Source: Azolla caroliniana (taxonomy: Eukaryota > Plantae > Polypodiophyta). From it: a stretch of 64,000 nucleotides of DNA. The position numbers and the translations under genes are program-made. This document shows positions 12,561 to 24,713 of this stretch, in pieces. Under the pieces are notes generated by a model. That model ran no database searches and was not told the DNA's origin. It saw only the letters and a list, made by a program, of their open reading frames with translations. Within the stretch, counting starts at the first letter, position 1, and the number at the start of each line of letters is the position of its first letter. The stretch is from positions 1,426,001-1,490,000 of the forward strand of contig JBHGNT010000008.1 of the NCBI GenBank assembly GCA_043228905.1, given 5' to 3'.

Positions 12561-14751
12561 GGCTATGAAGAGGCCATGACTGATGTACACAAGGAGAAAT
12601 GGTATAATGCCATGCAAGAAGAAATGGATTCCTTGCATGAGAACCTAACTTATGAGTTAATGGAGTTGCATGATGGTAAGAAGGCACTTAGAAACAAATG
12701 GGTCTACAAATTAAAGACTGGTGAAGACGGAAGTACACCCAGGTATAAGGCTTGTATTGTCATAAAGGGCTTTCAACAGAAAAAGGGTGTTGACTTTCAT
12801 GAGATTTTTGCTCCATTGTGAAGATGACCTCTATTCGGACTGTTTTGAGTATGGTTGCCAGTATGAACCTTGAAATCGAACAACCGGATGTTAAAACAAC
12901 TTTCTTGCACGGTGAGTTAGAAGAGGAAATCTATATGCAACAGCTGGAGGGCTTTGAGGTAAAAGGAAAAGAAAATCTCGTGTGTAGGCTAAAGAAAAGC
13001 TTGTATGGTCTAAAGCAAGCTCCACAACAATGGTATAAGAAATTTGAGTCCTTCATGTTGGAACATGGATTCCACAAAACACAAGCCGATCATTGTGTAT
13101 TTGTGAAAAGGTATAATGAAGGTGATTTCCTTATTTTGTTGTTGTATGTGGATGATATGTTGGTTGTTGGATAGGATGTCAAAAAGATTGCAAGCTTGAA
13201 GAAAGCATTGAGCAAATCGTTTGCCATGAAAGACTTAGGATCATCAAAATAGATTTTGGGAATGCATATAGTCCGGGACAAGATTGAAAACATGTTATGG
13301 CTGTCACAAGAGAAATATGTGACAAGTTTTGCAAAGGTTTAACATGTACAATGAAAAATCGGTCGGATCTCCATTGCCGGTGGAGTGTAAGTGAGAAAAC
13401 TGAGAAAGATAAGGCAAAGATGAGGAGAGGTCGTATGCTGCTACTGTTGGTAGGCTTATGTACGCTATGGTCTGCACAAGGCCGAACATTGCATTCGTTG
13501 TTGGAACAGTTAGTCGTTACATGAGTAATCCTAGAAAGGAGCATTAGGCAGCCGTAAAATGGATACTTAGATATCTAAGAGGGACTTCGAGTGTATGCCT
13601 TAGATATGGCTAAGAGAAACCTATCCTAGAAGGTTTCACAGATTCTGATATGTCGTGTGATGTAGATTCCAGCCGATCCACATCAGGGTATGTGATGACT
13701 TATTCAAGGGGGGCCGTGTCATGGCAATCAAGATTGCAAAAGATTGTGGCTTTGTCAACTACAAAGGCTGAGTATATGGTTGCAGTGGAAGCCGGAAAAG
13801 AAGTGATTTGGATGAGAGACTTCTTAAGCGAACTAGGAATGAAGAAAGAAAGGTTCTTGCTTCATTGTGATAATCAGAGTGCTATTCATTTGGCTAAGAA
13901 TGCTGCCTATCATTCCCGTACGAAGCACATTCAAACAAGGTATCATTGGTTGCGAGAGAAAGTGGAAGAAAATGAATTTGCTTTGGCAAAGATCCATACC
14001 AATGAAAATGGATCAAACATGCTCAGAAAAATTCTATCTATGGAAAAACTCGTTGCGTGTCGAAAAAGGATTGGTTTGATTGACTCTCCCCCTACAGGAG
14101 TGAAGGGGGAGTTTGTTATGTAAAGGTGTCCCTACTTGCGGGGGAGTCGGCCGAAAAGTCGACTTAAGAGTCGGCTAGTCGAAATCGGCTGAGAAGCCGA
14201 GATGAATCGACTGACCGAATTTGGCCGAAATCGGTCAGAGAGCAAAAAGAATAGTCGAACTGCCGAAGAACCGAATTCAGTGGGATAAAGGGGGGAAAAC
14301 ATACATAACGTATGTGAGTAAGTGAGAGACATATATATGCGAGTGAAAAACGAGTTGTCTTATAAGCGTGACTCAGAGAACGACTGAGTATATACACAGT
14401 AGTAGTTGTTGTGCAAGAGAGAATACTAAGAAGCTAAGTGAGAGAAGAAATAAGAGTGAAACAAAGAGAAATAAAGAGAAAGACAGAAAAGCTTTGGAAG
14501 CTTCAAAGGGGAATAGACATCTACGTGTTAGGGTTTGGAATGCTCATCAGAAATTGTGGTTTCAGAGAACATTTAGATAAGATCAGGTGATTTCATTCTA
14601 TGGTTGTATTTTGTGCTCTATTATAGTGGAAATCTTTGTTCCGTGGTTTTTCCCTAAAATCAGGGTTTTCCACGTAAATCGTGTGCTCTTCTTCATTTTT
14701 CTGTTTGTGTCTAAGTTTAATATCAGAATTTGTCTGAGTGAAATTTTAACA
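12561..14751 (+). mobile_element. 3' half of Copia element D (RT, RNase H, PPT, 3' LTR)
   Basis: Degenerate RT/RH related to F; PPT GAAGGGGGAG; LTR 14114-14751 (TGTTA..TAACA). Confidence 0.88.
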
Positions 14752-17700
14752 AATAAATGCCTAGTAACGAGGATCAAAAGAAGATTAGAGATTACAGGTT
14801 TAGAATTATGAGGAAGATTAATTAATCATTATTTAAAACAAATATATGTATCTATGTACATGAGTGATAGCCAACCAAGTGGTAGCCATGCATTACCTAT
14901 AGGCTATAGTTGTGATCATGCATGACATAATGATGTACTATATAAAGAGAGAAGGGGTTCTCTTATCAAAACCATTCTAGTTCAACAATGCTAGTCTTCA
15001 ATGCACATAGCCCCTACAAATCTCTTGTTGTTGAGACTTTATAGTACAAATTCTATTTCTCTTTTTTTCTTTTTCCTCTCACTCTCTTTTCTAATTCAAT
15101 ATAATTTTGCGTTGACCTAGAGAAATTGAATCCAAAACCTTTCTTTCTTTCTTTTCGGTAATCTTATTGAGTGACTCCATAATCATGGAAGTTGTTAGCA
15201 GGTAGGAGTACGTATCTATTCTCTCTGACTTAAACTGCCTCACAAACTAAGATTACTTGGAGATATATGACAAGTGCCAAAAAAGTCCAACAACATGACA
15301 CACTTTCAAACTAAGTTGATCAACTTAACGAAACATTGCAATATTTGCAACAACAAGCTTCAACACAACAAACTTCCCCCAAATAATCAAAGATCAATTT
15401 GCCAAAAAAGTTCAATGGTACATGAGTCCTCTTAGACTTTAGAAGATGGAGGTGGATAAAGTGGGGCCCCGATCGTTGTCCAATGCACAACAACAACATC
15501 GACGAGACAACAACTTGTGTTTCTACTATGGCGTGTCCAAACATCTTGCTGCCTCTTGCTCGGTGAAAGGTAGTCGCATATCGGGATACCCATGAGCAGC
15601 ATGTTCGCCTAATGACGTCAAGACTTCAGGAACATGGTCTGTACGCCAAATATGAGAAATGCGCATTCGAGCAATCTTTTGTAGAATTTCTGGGCTACAT
15701 CATCTCTCCTGATGGTATTTCCATGGATCAACAGAAAGTGGCCGCAATTCAAGAATGGCAACCTCCTACCCAGTTAAGAGACGTTCAATCCTTCCCTGGC
15801 TTTGCAAATTTCTATTGTCAGTTTATTAAAGGGTTCTCCAAAATTGTGCAACCATTGGTAGCACTCACCCGTAAGGACCGACCCTCTTGTTGGACATTGG
15901 CAGAACAATCTACATTCATGGCATTTAAATCTGCCTTTATGACCGCCCCAGTACTCCTTCACCCCGACCCAAGAAAGCCATTCATAGTGGAAATAGATGC
16001 ATCAGTCTTTACTATCGGCGTTATCCTCTCACAACCCGACAACAATGGGGTACACCATCCAATAGCTTACTACTCGCATAAATTCATAACTCCGGAGATA
16101 AACTACCCGAACTATGACAAGGAACTTGCAACCATTATCTCTGCGTTCGAAGAATGGAGGCCTTACCTAGCTGGGGCCCAACACTGTGTTCAGGTCATAA
16201 CCGACCACAAAAACCTTCTCTATTTTTCTTCTACGCGCACCTTGAATTGTCAACAAGCTCGATGGTCAATATTTCTTGCCGACTATGACTTCGAAATTGC
16301 GTTTCGTCCAGGACACCAACCAAAACTGATGCTCTTTCTAGGCGGCCAGACCTAGCACCCGACCCCGGGGATAAGGCATACGATCAACAATCCCAATGTT
16401 TGTTGACACTTGATCAAGTTCAAATCTTCGCAACCTATGTCCTCCAAGATGAGACCCTCCTTGCTGACATCACCACAACCACTACAACCGATCACTTTGC
16501 TCAGGAAATCAAAGCATGTTTCAAGGACCCAACTCATCGATCACAACGATATGACCTTGAAAAATTCTCCTTTCGAGTTGGGGTACTCTTGAGGAACAAT
16601 CTAGTCTACCTCCTGGAAGGGCCGTGCCGAGTTCACATTCTAACTGAATGCCACGATGGTTTGCTTGCGGGCCATTTTGGGGTTGCCAAAACTTTAGAGT
16701 TGATCTCTCGAACCTATTGGTGGCCCCAAATGTGGAAGCTAGTGAAAGACTTCATCAAGACTTGTGGCATCTATGCTTGATCTAAAACAACCCATCATCG
16801 CCCGTATGAACTGCTTCGACCTTTCCCACTACTGGATCGACTGTGGTCATCCATTTCTATGAACTTCATCACCGACTTGCCACTCTCTAAGGGACATGAC
16901 TCCATCTTTGTAATTGTGGACCGATTTACCAAAATGACACATTTTATATCATGTTCCAAAGCCATCTCAGGCTTAGAGACAACAAATCTAATCTTGGCGA
17001 ATGTTGTGCACCTCCATGGGTTGCCTGATGACATCATCTCCGATCGTGGTGCCCCATTTATTTCCCATTTTTGGAAACATCTCTTCCATATTCTGGGCAC
17101 CACCACCAAGTTATGGACGACATTCCATCCACAAATAGGCGAGAAGATGGAATGTGTAAATCAGGTACTAGAGCAATATCTACTATGTGTGGTGAGTTAC
17201 TAGCAAGACGATTGGACTACGTTCCTCCCATTGGTTGAATTCGCCTATAATAAAATCCTTCATTCATCGATCGGCACCTCCCCATTCTTTGCCAACTTTG
17301 GTTTCCAACCTCGCCTCAGCATATCCCTTCCCTCTTGTTCGGTGAACCCCTCGACTTTTGAGCTCGTTAGTGCACAAGACTGACAAAAGAAATCCACCAA
17401 GATCTAACTCTTGAGCTCGTTAATGCACAAGACTGACAAAAGGCAATGATCAACCATCTATGGGCTTTGGTGCCCAACTTTCAAATAGGTGACATGGTTT
17501 GGCTGCTACGGCGCAATATTACGACCACTCGTCCATGTGCCAAGCTAGATTACACAAAATTGGGCCCCTTCCACATCTATGAGTTTATCAATCCTGTGGC
17601 CTATCGGCTTGACCTTCCTCCCCACTATCCCATCCATGACGTTTTTCATGTATCTCTCTTGGAGGTTTACCATGCCTTTGTACTTCCCGAGCGACAACTC

Positions 17701-17835
17701 CCTTGACCACCGCCCATCGAGTTGGAGTCTGGCAATGAGTATGAAGTTAAGAAATCCCCGACTCCAAGCTTCTACGTTGAAAAATCTTTTACTTGGTATG
17801 ATGGAAAGGATACTTGATATCTGAAACTACTTGGG

Positions 17836-20800
17836 TGTGGCGAGGATAGCGAGCTCAGGGTCGTCGCCTTGCAGTTCGCCATTGTATATTTCTCTGTGCA
17901 TAGTTTTGGTTTGGAGTCTTGCACTCCCGTGGTTTTTCCCGTATAGGGTTTTCCACGTTAATCCCTGTGTTATCGTGTCTTTCTCTGTATTTCCTATTTT
18001 CTGCAACAACGACTCGTGTGTTTCCTCGGTTGTGGCCGAGAGGTGAAGGTGAATCGGAGCGTCGATTACCAACAAGTGGTATCAGAGCCAGGTTGCTGCA
18101 GAAAATGGAAGCCGGCGGCAGCGGGCAGCCGGGGATGATGGTGCTGAATGCGCAGAACTATGCCGACTGGAAGATCAAGATGGAGGATCTTCTGATTGTT
18201 CGGGACCTATACGAACCGATTGACAGGTCGGAAATACCGAAGGGGGTACTTGAGACGGAATGGAGGCTTCTGAACCGGAAAGCCGTTGCAACCATTCGGC
18301 AATATGTCGACGTGAGCGTTCTACAACATGTGGCGAACGACACCAACGCATACGAGATGTGGCGGAAGCTGTCGGGCCTCTACGAGAGGAAGAATGCGTT
18401 GAACCGGACCTCCCTGATGAGGAAGATAGTGAACCTCAAGTACCGGGACGGCGAGAGTATGGTGGAACACGTAAGCACGTTCATGGGATTCGTGAACCAG
18501 CTTGCGGCGATCAAGTTCCCGTTGGAGGATGCAATGCAAGCCATCATCCTGATGTGTACATTGCCGGACAGCTGGGAGAACTTGGTGGTGACTCTCAGCA
18601 CCTCCTGCACCGAAGATAACTTGTCTCTACAAACGGTAAAGACAAGTATTCTAAATGAAGAAGCGCGTCGGAGAGATAAAGAACCGGCCTCCGACTCGAA
18701 GGCGCTGCTTACCGAATCGGATCGGGGAAGACAATGGAACCGGAGTCCTCAAAGACGGGAGAAGTCGGGGACCCGGTCGCAGTCAAGAGGAAGGCCCACA
18801 TGCTTCCACTGTGGGAAGCCGGGGCACTTCCGGAAGAATTGTCGGCATTACCGAAAAGACAACGGAGCCGACGACATCGATTCGAAGAAGTCACCGGAGA
18901 GAAACGGTGCATACCGGGGAGCCACGGACCGGAGAGGTCCGGATCGGCGAGGGCAGGACCGGAAAGGAACGACGGCACTCGCGGCAAGTGAAGAAGAGAT
19001 AATGCTCATTACCGAAGAGAGGGAGCTGAACATTGCCGGTGAAGAGATGACCTGGGTGGTCGATTCCGGAGCGTCGTTCCACCTGACCCCGGAGAAGAAA
19101 TACTTCTCATCCTACACAGCCGGTGAGCACGGCTGTGTCCGGATGGGAAATGAAGGTACATGCCGGATTGCCGGCATAGGAGACGTGTGGCTGATGACAT
19201 CAACCGGATGCAAGATGCTGCTGAAGGATGTCCGACACGTTCCGGAGGTTCGATTGAACCTGATCTCGGCCGGGAGGCTAGATGATGAAGGCTACACGGG
19301 TAGCATCCGGAACGGTGTCATGAAGTTCAGCAAGGGGAGCCTGATAGTGGCTCGGGCCCGGAAGGTCAACACACTGTACCTGATGAATTCCCGGCTATGT
19401 CCGGAGGAGCTGAACGTGGCAGCAGACACTGCCGGTGAGCTGTGGCACAAGAGACTGTGCCACATGAGTGAGAAGGGGATGAAGAGGCTTGCAGAAGACA
19501 ACCTTATTCCATTGAAGCATGTGCACCTGGAGAAGTGCACCGATTGCCTGGCCGGTAAGCAGAACCGAACCTCCTTCCACTCAAGGCCACCGACGAGACG
19601 TAGCGCACCATTGGAGTTGGTGCATACTGATGTGTGTCAGGTAGAAACGAAGTCACACGGCGGAGCCCAGTACTTCGTGACATTCATTGATGATCACAGC
19701 CGGAAGCTGTGGACAGCACCGTTGAAGACAAAGGACCAAGTATTGTCCATCTTCAAAGAACTCCACGCGAGAGTGGAAAGGGAATCCGGCAAGAAGCTGA
19801 AAGCGATACGAGCGGATAACGGAGGGGAATACCGGGGGCAGTTCCAGGAGTACTGTCGCTCGAAGGGAATCCGGCTCGAGTTTACTATGCCGAAGACGCC
19901 GGAACTGAACGGGCTGGCCGAGAGGATGAACCGGACCATAATGGAGAGGGTCCGGAGTATGCTGGCGCATGCGAAATTACCCAAGGGGTTTTGGGCTGAG
20001 GCAATGTCGACGGCGACATACGTGATAAACAGATCACCCTCAGTACCTTTGGACGGAGACACGCCGCAGAAAGTGTGGACCGGTAAGGAAGTGTCCTACC
20101 GGCATCTGAAGGTGTTCGGGTGTCTCGCATACGTGCATGTGGCAAAGGACCGGAGAGGAAAGCTAGATCCAAAGACCCGGCCATGCATATTCCTCGGTTA
20201 CGGCGATGACGAGTTCGGCTACCGAGTGTGGGACCCGGTCGACAAGAAGATATTCAGGAGTCGAGACATCATCTTCATGGAGGACAAGACACTCGCCGAC
20301 TGGGAGTCGGAGAAGAAGATGAAGAGCTCCAAGTCGACCGGTGAGGATCAACTCTATGAGGAGCAGTCCCGACCGGCAAGGGACCGGCTAGCACTCGAGG
20401 ATCCGGCCGAAGACGGTGAAGAAACAGAACCGGCCGAGGAAGATGAAATTGATACCGGAACCGGCCCCGATCCCGAAATGGATTCGGATGAAGAGGAAAC
20501 GGAGGAGCCGGTTACCGAAGCTCCGGAACGGAGATATCCTCTAAGGGAGAGAAGGGCCCCCCGGAGATTTCCGGAACCAGAGCACGTGCTGCTAACCGAC
20601 GAGGGGGAGCCGGAGAGCTTTGAAGAAGCAAAGCACGACACCCAGAGCCGCAGGTGGTTGAGTGCCATGCAGGACGAGATGGATTCCCTGCATGAGAACC
20701 ACACATATGAACTAGTGGAGTTGCCGAAAGGAAAGCGAGCACTCCGAAACAAGTGGGTGTTCAAGCTGAAACCGGGAGATGCCGGAAACCCCCCGAGATA

Positions 20801-22844
20801 CAAAGCCAGGATCGTGGTGAAGGGGTTTCAGCAGAAGAAGGGCGTCGACTTCGACGAGATATTTGCCCCGGTAGTGAAGATGACCTCCATCCGGACGGTG
20901 CTGAGCATAGCGGCAAGCATGGACCTCGAGGTAGAACAGATGGATGTGAAGACGGCATTCCTTCACGGTGACCTCGAAGAAGAGATCTACATGCAGCAAC
21001 CGGAAGGATTCGAGAAGAAAGGGAAGGAGCACCTGGTATGCCGGTTGAAGAAGAGCCTTTACGGTCTGAAGCAGGCTCCCCGACAATGGTACCGGAAGTT
21101 CGACTCCTTCATGACAGACGAAGGGTACCACAAAACGCAGTCCGATCACTGCGTGTTTGTGAAGAAGTTCGAAGGAGGAGACTCTCTAATACTCCTCCTG
21201 TACGTGGACGACATGTTGATCGTCGGACGGGACCAGGTCAAGATACGGATGCTGAAGAAGGCTCTACACCGAACCTTCTCAATGAAGGACTTGGGTCCGG
21301 CGAGACAAATACTAGGGATGCACATCATCCGGGACCGGAAGAAGAAGCAGTTGTGGCTGTCACAGGAGAAGTACGTGACAAAGGTGCTTCAACGGTTCAA
21401 CATGTCGGAAGCAAGACCGGTCGGATCAACCCTCCCGACAAACTGCAAGTTATCCGGCAAGCAAAGTCCCAAGACAAAGGCTGAGAAGGAGGACATGATG
21501 AAAGTACCATATGCCTCTGCCGTCGGAAGCTTGATGTACGCAATGGTGTGTACAAGACCGGACATAGGATATGCAGTCGGAGTGGTGAGCCGGTACATGA
21601 GTAACCCCGGCAAGGAGCACTGGAACGCGGTCAAATGGACACTTCGATACCTGAAGGGCACGGCAAACGTGTGCCTCCGATTCGGCTCCGGTAAGCCCGA
21701 ACTCGATGGATTTACCGATTCGGATATGTCGGCTGATGCAGATACCAGCCGGTCCACATCAGGGTATGTGATGACGTATGCAGGGGGAGCTGTTTCGTGG
21801 CAGTCGAGGCTGCAGAAGACGGTTGCGTTGTCAACCACGGAGGCGGAGTACATGGCGGCTGTTGAAGCCGGCAAGGAAATAATATGGATGAAGGACTTCA
21901 TTAGAGAGCTCGGTATCCGGCAGGAGGAGTACCGACTCTACGGCGACAGTCAGAGTGCCATCCACCTTGCGAAGAACGCGGCCTATCACTCCCGGACGAA
22001 GCACATCCAACGAAGATATCACTGGATCCGGGAAAGGATAGAAGACCAGGAGTTCGTGTTGACGAAGATCCACACGGACGAGAACGGGTCAGATATGCTG
22101 ACCAAAGTGCTCACACCCGACAAGCTAGAAGCATGCCGGAAGAGGATCGGATTGGAGAGACATCCCATGCCGAAGTGAAGGGGGAGTTTGTTGGGATTTC
22201 GGTCCCTCCGGATGGGATGTCCGGAGAAGAATGACGGCAAGCCGGGTTGCGATTACGGAACCGGATGATGAATAGTACCCGGCATGAAGCCGGATGAAGA
22301 GATCCCGGTTACGGAGCCGGATGACGAAGACCCGGTTACGGAGCCGGATGATGAAGACCCCGGCTACGGAGCCGGATGATGAGTGTACCCGGAGAGAGAT
22401 CCGGATGCGGGGACATATTTGTGAATATGTTTGCCAAGAGCCCTTGAGGCTATATTTGTAAATAGCCCGAAAGTCATATGTGTATAAATATGACTTAGGG
22501 CAAACAGTTTTATGTTGTTGCTCATTCTTATGCGAAGTGAGAGCAGCCGAGAGAGAGAGAGTGAGAAAGACGAAGAGGTTGTTGCCTCTGTGTAATACCG
22601 CCGCCTGTGGCGAGGATAGCGAGCTCAGGGTCGTCGCCTTGCAGTTCGCCATTGTATATTTCTCTGTGCATAGTTTTGGTTTGGAGTCTTGCACTCCCGT
22701 GGTTTTTCCCGTATAGGGTTTTCCACGTTAATCCCTGTGTTATCGTGTCTTTCTCTGTATTTCCTATTTTCTGCAACAACGACTCGTGTGTTTCCTCGGT
22801 TGTGGCCGAGAGGTGAAGGTGAATCGGAGCGTCGATTACCAACA
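17836..22844 (+). mobile_element. Young Tnt1-like Copia element F with truncated 5' LTR
   Basis: TSD TTGGG (17831-17835 / 22845-22849); 5' LTR 17836-18074; PBS 18077-18089; 3' LTR 22189-22844. Confidence 0.97.
18105..22178 (+). CDS. gag-pol: Intact Copia gag-pol polyprotein (~1357 aa)
   Basis: Uninterrupted ORF with CFHCGKPGH, DSGASFH, HTDVC/ADNGGEY, QMDVKTAFLHG/YVDDM and RNase H motifs. Confidence 0.97.
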   Translation: MEAGGSGQPGMMVLNAQNYADWKIKMEDLLIVRDLYEPIDRSEIPKGVLETEWRLLNRKAVATIRQYVDVSVLQHVANDTNAYEMWRKLSGLYERKNALNRTSLMRKIVNLKYRDGESMVEHVSTFMGFVNQLAAIKFPLEDAMQAIILMCTLPDSWENLVVTLSTSCTEDNLSLQTVKTSILNEEARRRDKEPASDSKALLTESDRGRQWNRSPQRREKSGTRSQSRGRPTCFHCGKPGHFRKNCRHYRKDNGADDIDSKKSPERNGAYRGATDRRGPDRRGQDRKGTTALAASEEEIMLITEERELNIAGEEMTWVVDSGASFHLTPEKKYFSSYTAGEHGCVRMGNEGTCRIAGIGDVWLMTSTGCKMLLKDVRHVPEVRLNLISAGRLDDEGYTGSIRNGVMKFSKGSLIVARARKVNTLYLMNSRLCPEELNVAADTAGELWHKRLCHMSEKGMKRLAEDNLIPLKHVHLEKCTDCLAGKQNRTSFHSRPPTRRSAPLELVHTDVCQVETKSHGGAQYFVTFIDDHSRKLWTAPLKTKDQVLSIFKELHARVERESGKKLKAIRADNGGEYRGQFQEYCRSKGIRLEFTMPKTPELNGLAERMNRTIMERVRSMLAHAKLPKGFWAEAMSTATYVINRSPSVPLDGDTPQKVWTGKEVSYRHLKVFGCLAYVHVAKDRRGKLDPKTRPCIFLGYGDDEFGYRVWDPVDKKIFRSRDIIFMEDKTLADWESEKKMKSSKSTGEDQLYEEQSRPARDRLALEDPAEDGEETEPAEEDEIDTGTGPDPEMDSDEEETEEPVTEAPERRYPLRERRAPRRFPEPEHVLLTDEGEPESFEEAKHDTQSRRWLSAMQDEMDSLHENHTYELVELPKGKRALRNKWVFKLKPGDAGNPPRYKARIVVKGFQQKKGVDFDEIFAPVVKMTSIRTVLSIAASMDLEVEQMDVKTAFLHGDLEEEIYMQQPEGFEKKGKEHLVCRLKKSLYGLKQAPRQWYRKFDSFMTDEGYHKTQSDHCVFVKKFEGGDSLILLLYVDDMLIVGRDQVKIRMLKKALHRTFSMKDLGPARQILGMHIIRDRKKKQLWLSQEKYVTKVLQRFNMSEARPVGSTLPTNCKLSGKQSPKTKAEKEDMMKVPYASAVGSLMYAMVCTRPDIGYAVGVVSRYMSNPGKEHWNAVKWTLRYLKGTANVCLRFGSGKPELDGFTDSDMSADADTSRSTSGYVMTYAGGAVSWQSRLQKTVALSTTEAEYMAAVEAGKEIIWMKDFIRELGIRQEEYRLYGDSQSAIHLAKNAAYHSRTKHIQRRYHWIRERIEDQEFVLTKIHTDENGSDMLTKVLTPDKLEACRKRIGLERHPMPK

Positions 22845-23399
22845 TTGGGAACCTCACCACCATTTGACGAATGCAACCAACCGAGGCAACAAGGCAGTTG
22901 ATGATTTCCATCTTTGTTATCCACAGAAGCTTGCGCCGCCTAGAAGTCAACACTAAACAAGGGGGGATAATATCACGGACATGACAATGGTCATGACAAG
23001 ATCCGAACTCGTGACCTCTTGTGTTATAATCGAGTGTTATGTGTTAACCAACAAGTCCAATATATAATCATATGTATAATTGTTCGTTGTAGCTTTAAGA
23101 TAGCATCATGAGCATAATTGCTCCATTGTATTATTCACACTTGGCACATGCATGCGTACATACATGCTCTAGTGTATCACATGCATGCAACAGGCATGCA
23201 TGCCACTTAGTATAAAATTTGAGTTCACCTTGAATGAATTCTAGGTGGACAACACCAGTTAATGATACTTGCCTTTAGCTTGTCACTCGTGTCTTTGTAG
23301 TGCTTTTAGGCTTGTCGATCGCATCCTTGTAGTAACCTTGTAGCTCCGATTCTTTTGTCCTTAACAGTTGGTGGCCCAATAATGATTTAAAGAAAAAAT

Positions 23400-23930
23400 A
23401 TGGTTACCTCACTAATAGTCAATTATTGAGGGATAAACAAGTCATTATTCGCAACATGTATTCTTGCAATATACTTTGTTGTCAAATCTTGAGGAGCACT
23501 TGACTCTAGGAAAATATTTCATGAAGCTAGACTTTCGTATTGCTTACAATCTTGTTTTCGAGATCTTCTGAGTGATGAGTGGAAGAACACATTTTGCACT
23601 CAAGCTAGTCATTTTGATTTCTTTTGGTCTCACGATTGCGCCAACAATGTTTTAACATATGACAAATGATATTTTTTTAGGCTTCTTGGTTGCCATTATG
23701 ATTTATTATCTAGATGACATGTTAATCTTCTCAAAGACTCAAGAGGAGTGTGATGTCCATTTTTGCAAGGACAACCACACGAATATGGTTTTTATATGAA
23801 ATGCGAGGTATAAGTTTGATTACAATCAAGTGGAGTCCATTAAATAACTTGCTTCACCATAAATTATCTTTATGGATGCGATGAATATGCAAACAACTCT
23901 AGACTGGTAGATGTCATGATGGATGCATAA
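23400..23930 (+). pseudogene. Highly eroded Gypsy RT fragment
   Basis: Remnant FGLTIAP and YYLDDMLIFSKT motifs. Confidence 0.65.
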
Positions 23931-24713
23931 TATTGAATTATGATGGGATTCCATCCCTATGATTCGTGAGAAGGACTGCAGAAAATAGAAAATAACAAAG
24001 CACAATACATAGTTTTCGTGGAAACCCTAAACGGGGAAAACCACGGGGACAAAGATACACTATACAAGAGAGTATAGAAAACAATTATAGTTATTCTCTG
24101 ATGCTTAGAGGATAACCACTTAGGGTTCTTAGCAGGTTCACCAAACTGTTAACTCTTAGGGCGGGACAATGGCCTAACACAGGGTGTCTACGGAAGACAT
24201 CCCATCGTGGTCGCCAAAAACTGTGTTAACTCTTAGGGCCGGACAATGGCCTAATACAGGGTGTCTACGGAAGACACTTCACCAAAGGGGTGTTACGGCA
24301 ATAGGATTAGACTCAACGATTAATCCAACTTAATTAGGCTACTTAGCAAGATCGTCCTTAATAATCACACGCGTAAGATATAACAATGAATGCAGAATGG
24401 CAATTAACACAGAGAGATAAAAACACTAAGCTTTATTAATTAACCGCTGCTCATTACATTGTATCCGGGCCTTTAAATAGGTTTCTGGTTTGTATTACAA
24501 AACGGTGCCATCCGCACCTGTTCGGGATCGGTCCGGATCCGGAATGGCATACCGATTCCGGTTCGTCCGTCCACACTAATAGCTTACTTACAACCATTCC
24601 TTAATAATTAAATAACTCCTTTGTTTCACACTCTTGACTCCTATGCCGGCCGGTAACACATGGCACGCTCGTGGGACAGTACCTTGTACGTCGAATCCAC
24701 CATCCGACCCTTG

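Larger units (their letters stand above)
15180..23366 (+). mobile_element. Degenerate chromoviral Gypsy E (Tcn1-like), interrupted by F
   Basis: RT-end/RNase H 15612-16355 (NYDKEL..TDHKNL), integrase 16400-17700, chromodomain ..ETTW|EP split by F. PPT AAGGGGGGA ~22959; 3' LTR ~22971-23366. Left boundary is approximate. Confidence 0.82.

Noticed and set aside
14752-15180. Possible 5' LTR of E
   Set aside because: No visible match to 22971-23366 and no PBS; left unassigned.
17919-18104. N-terminal extension of the 1419-aa ORF
   Set aside because: Lies in LTR/PBS sequence; ATG 18105 is the start conserved with element A.
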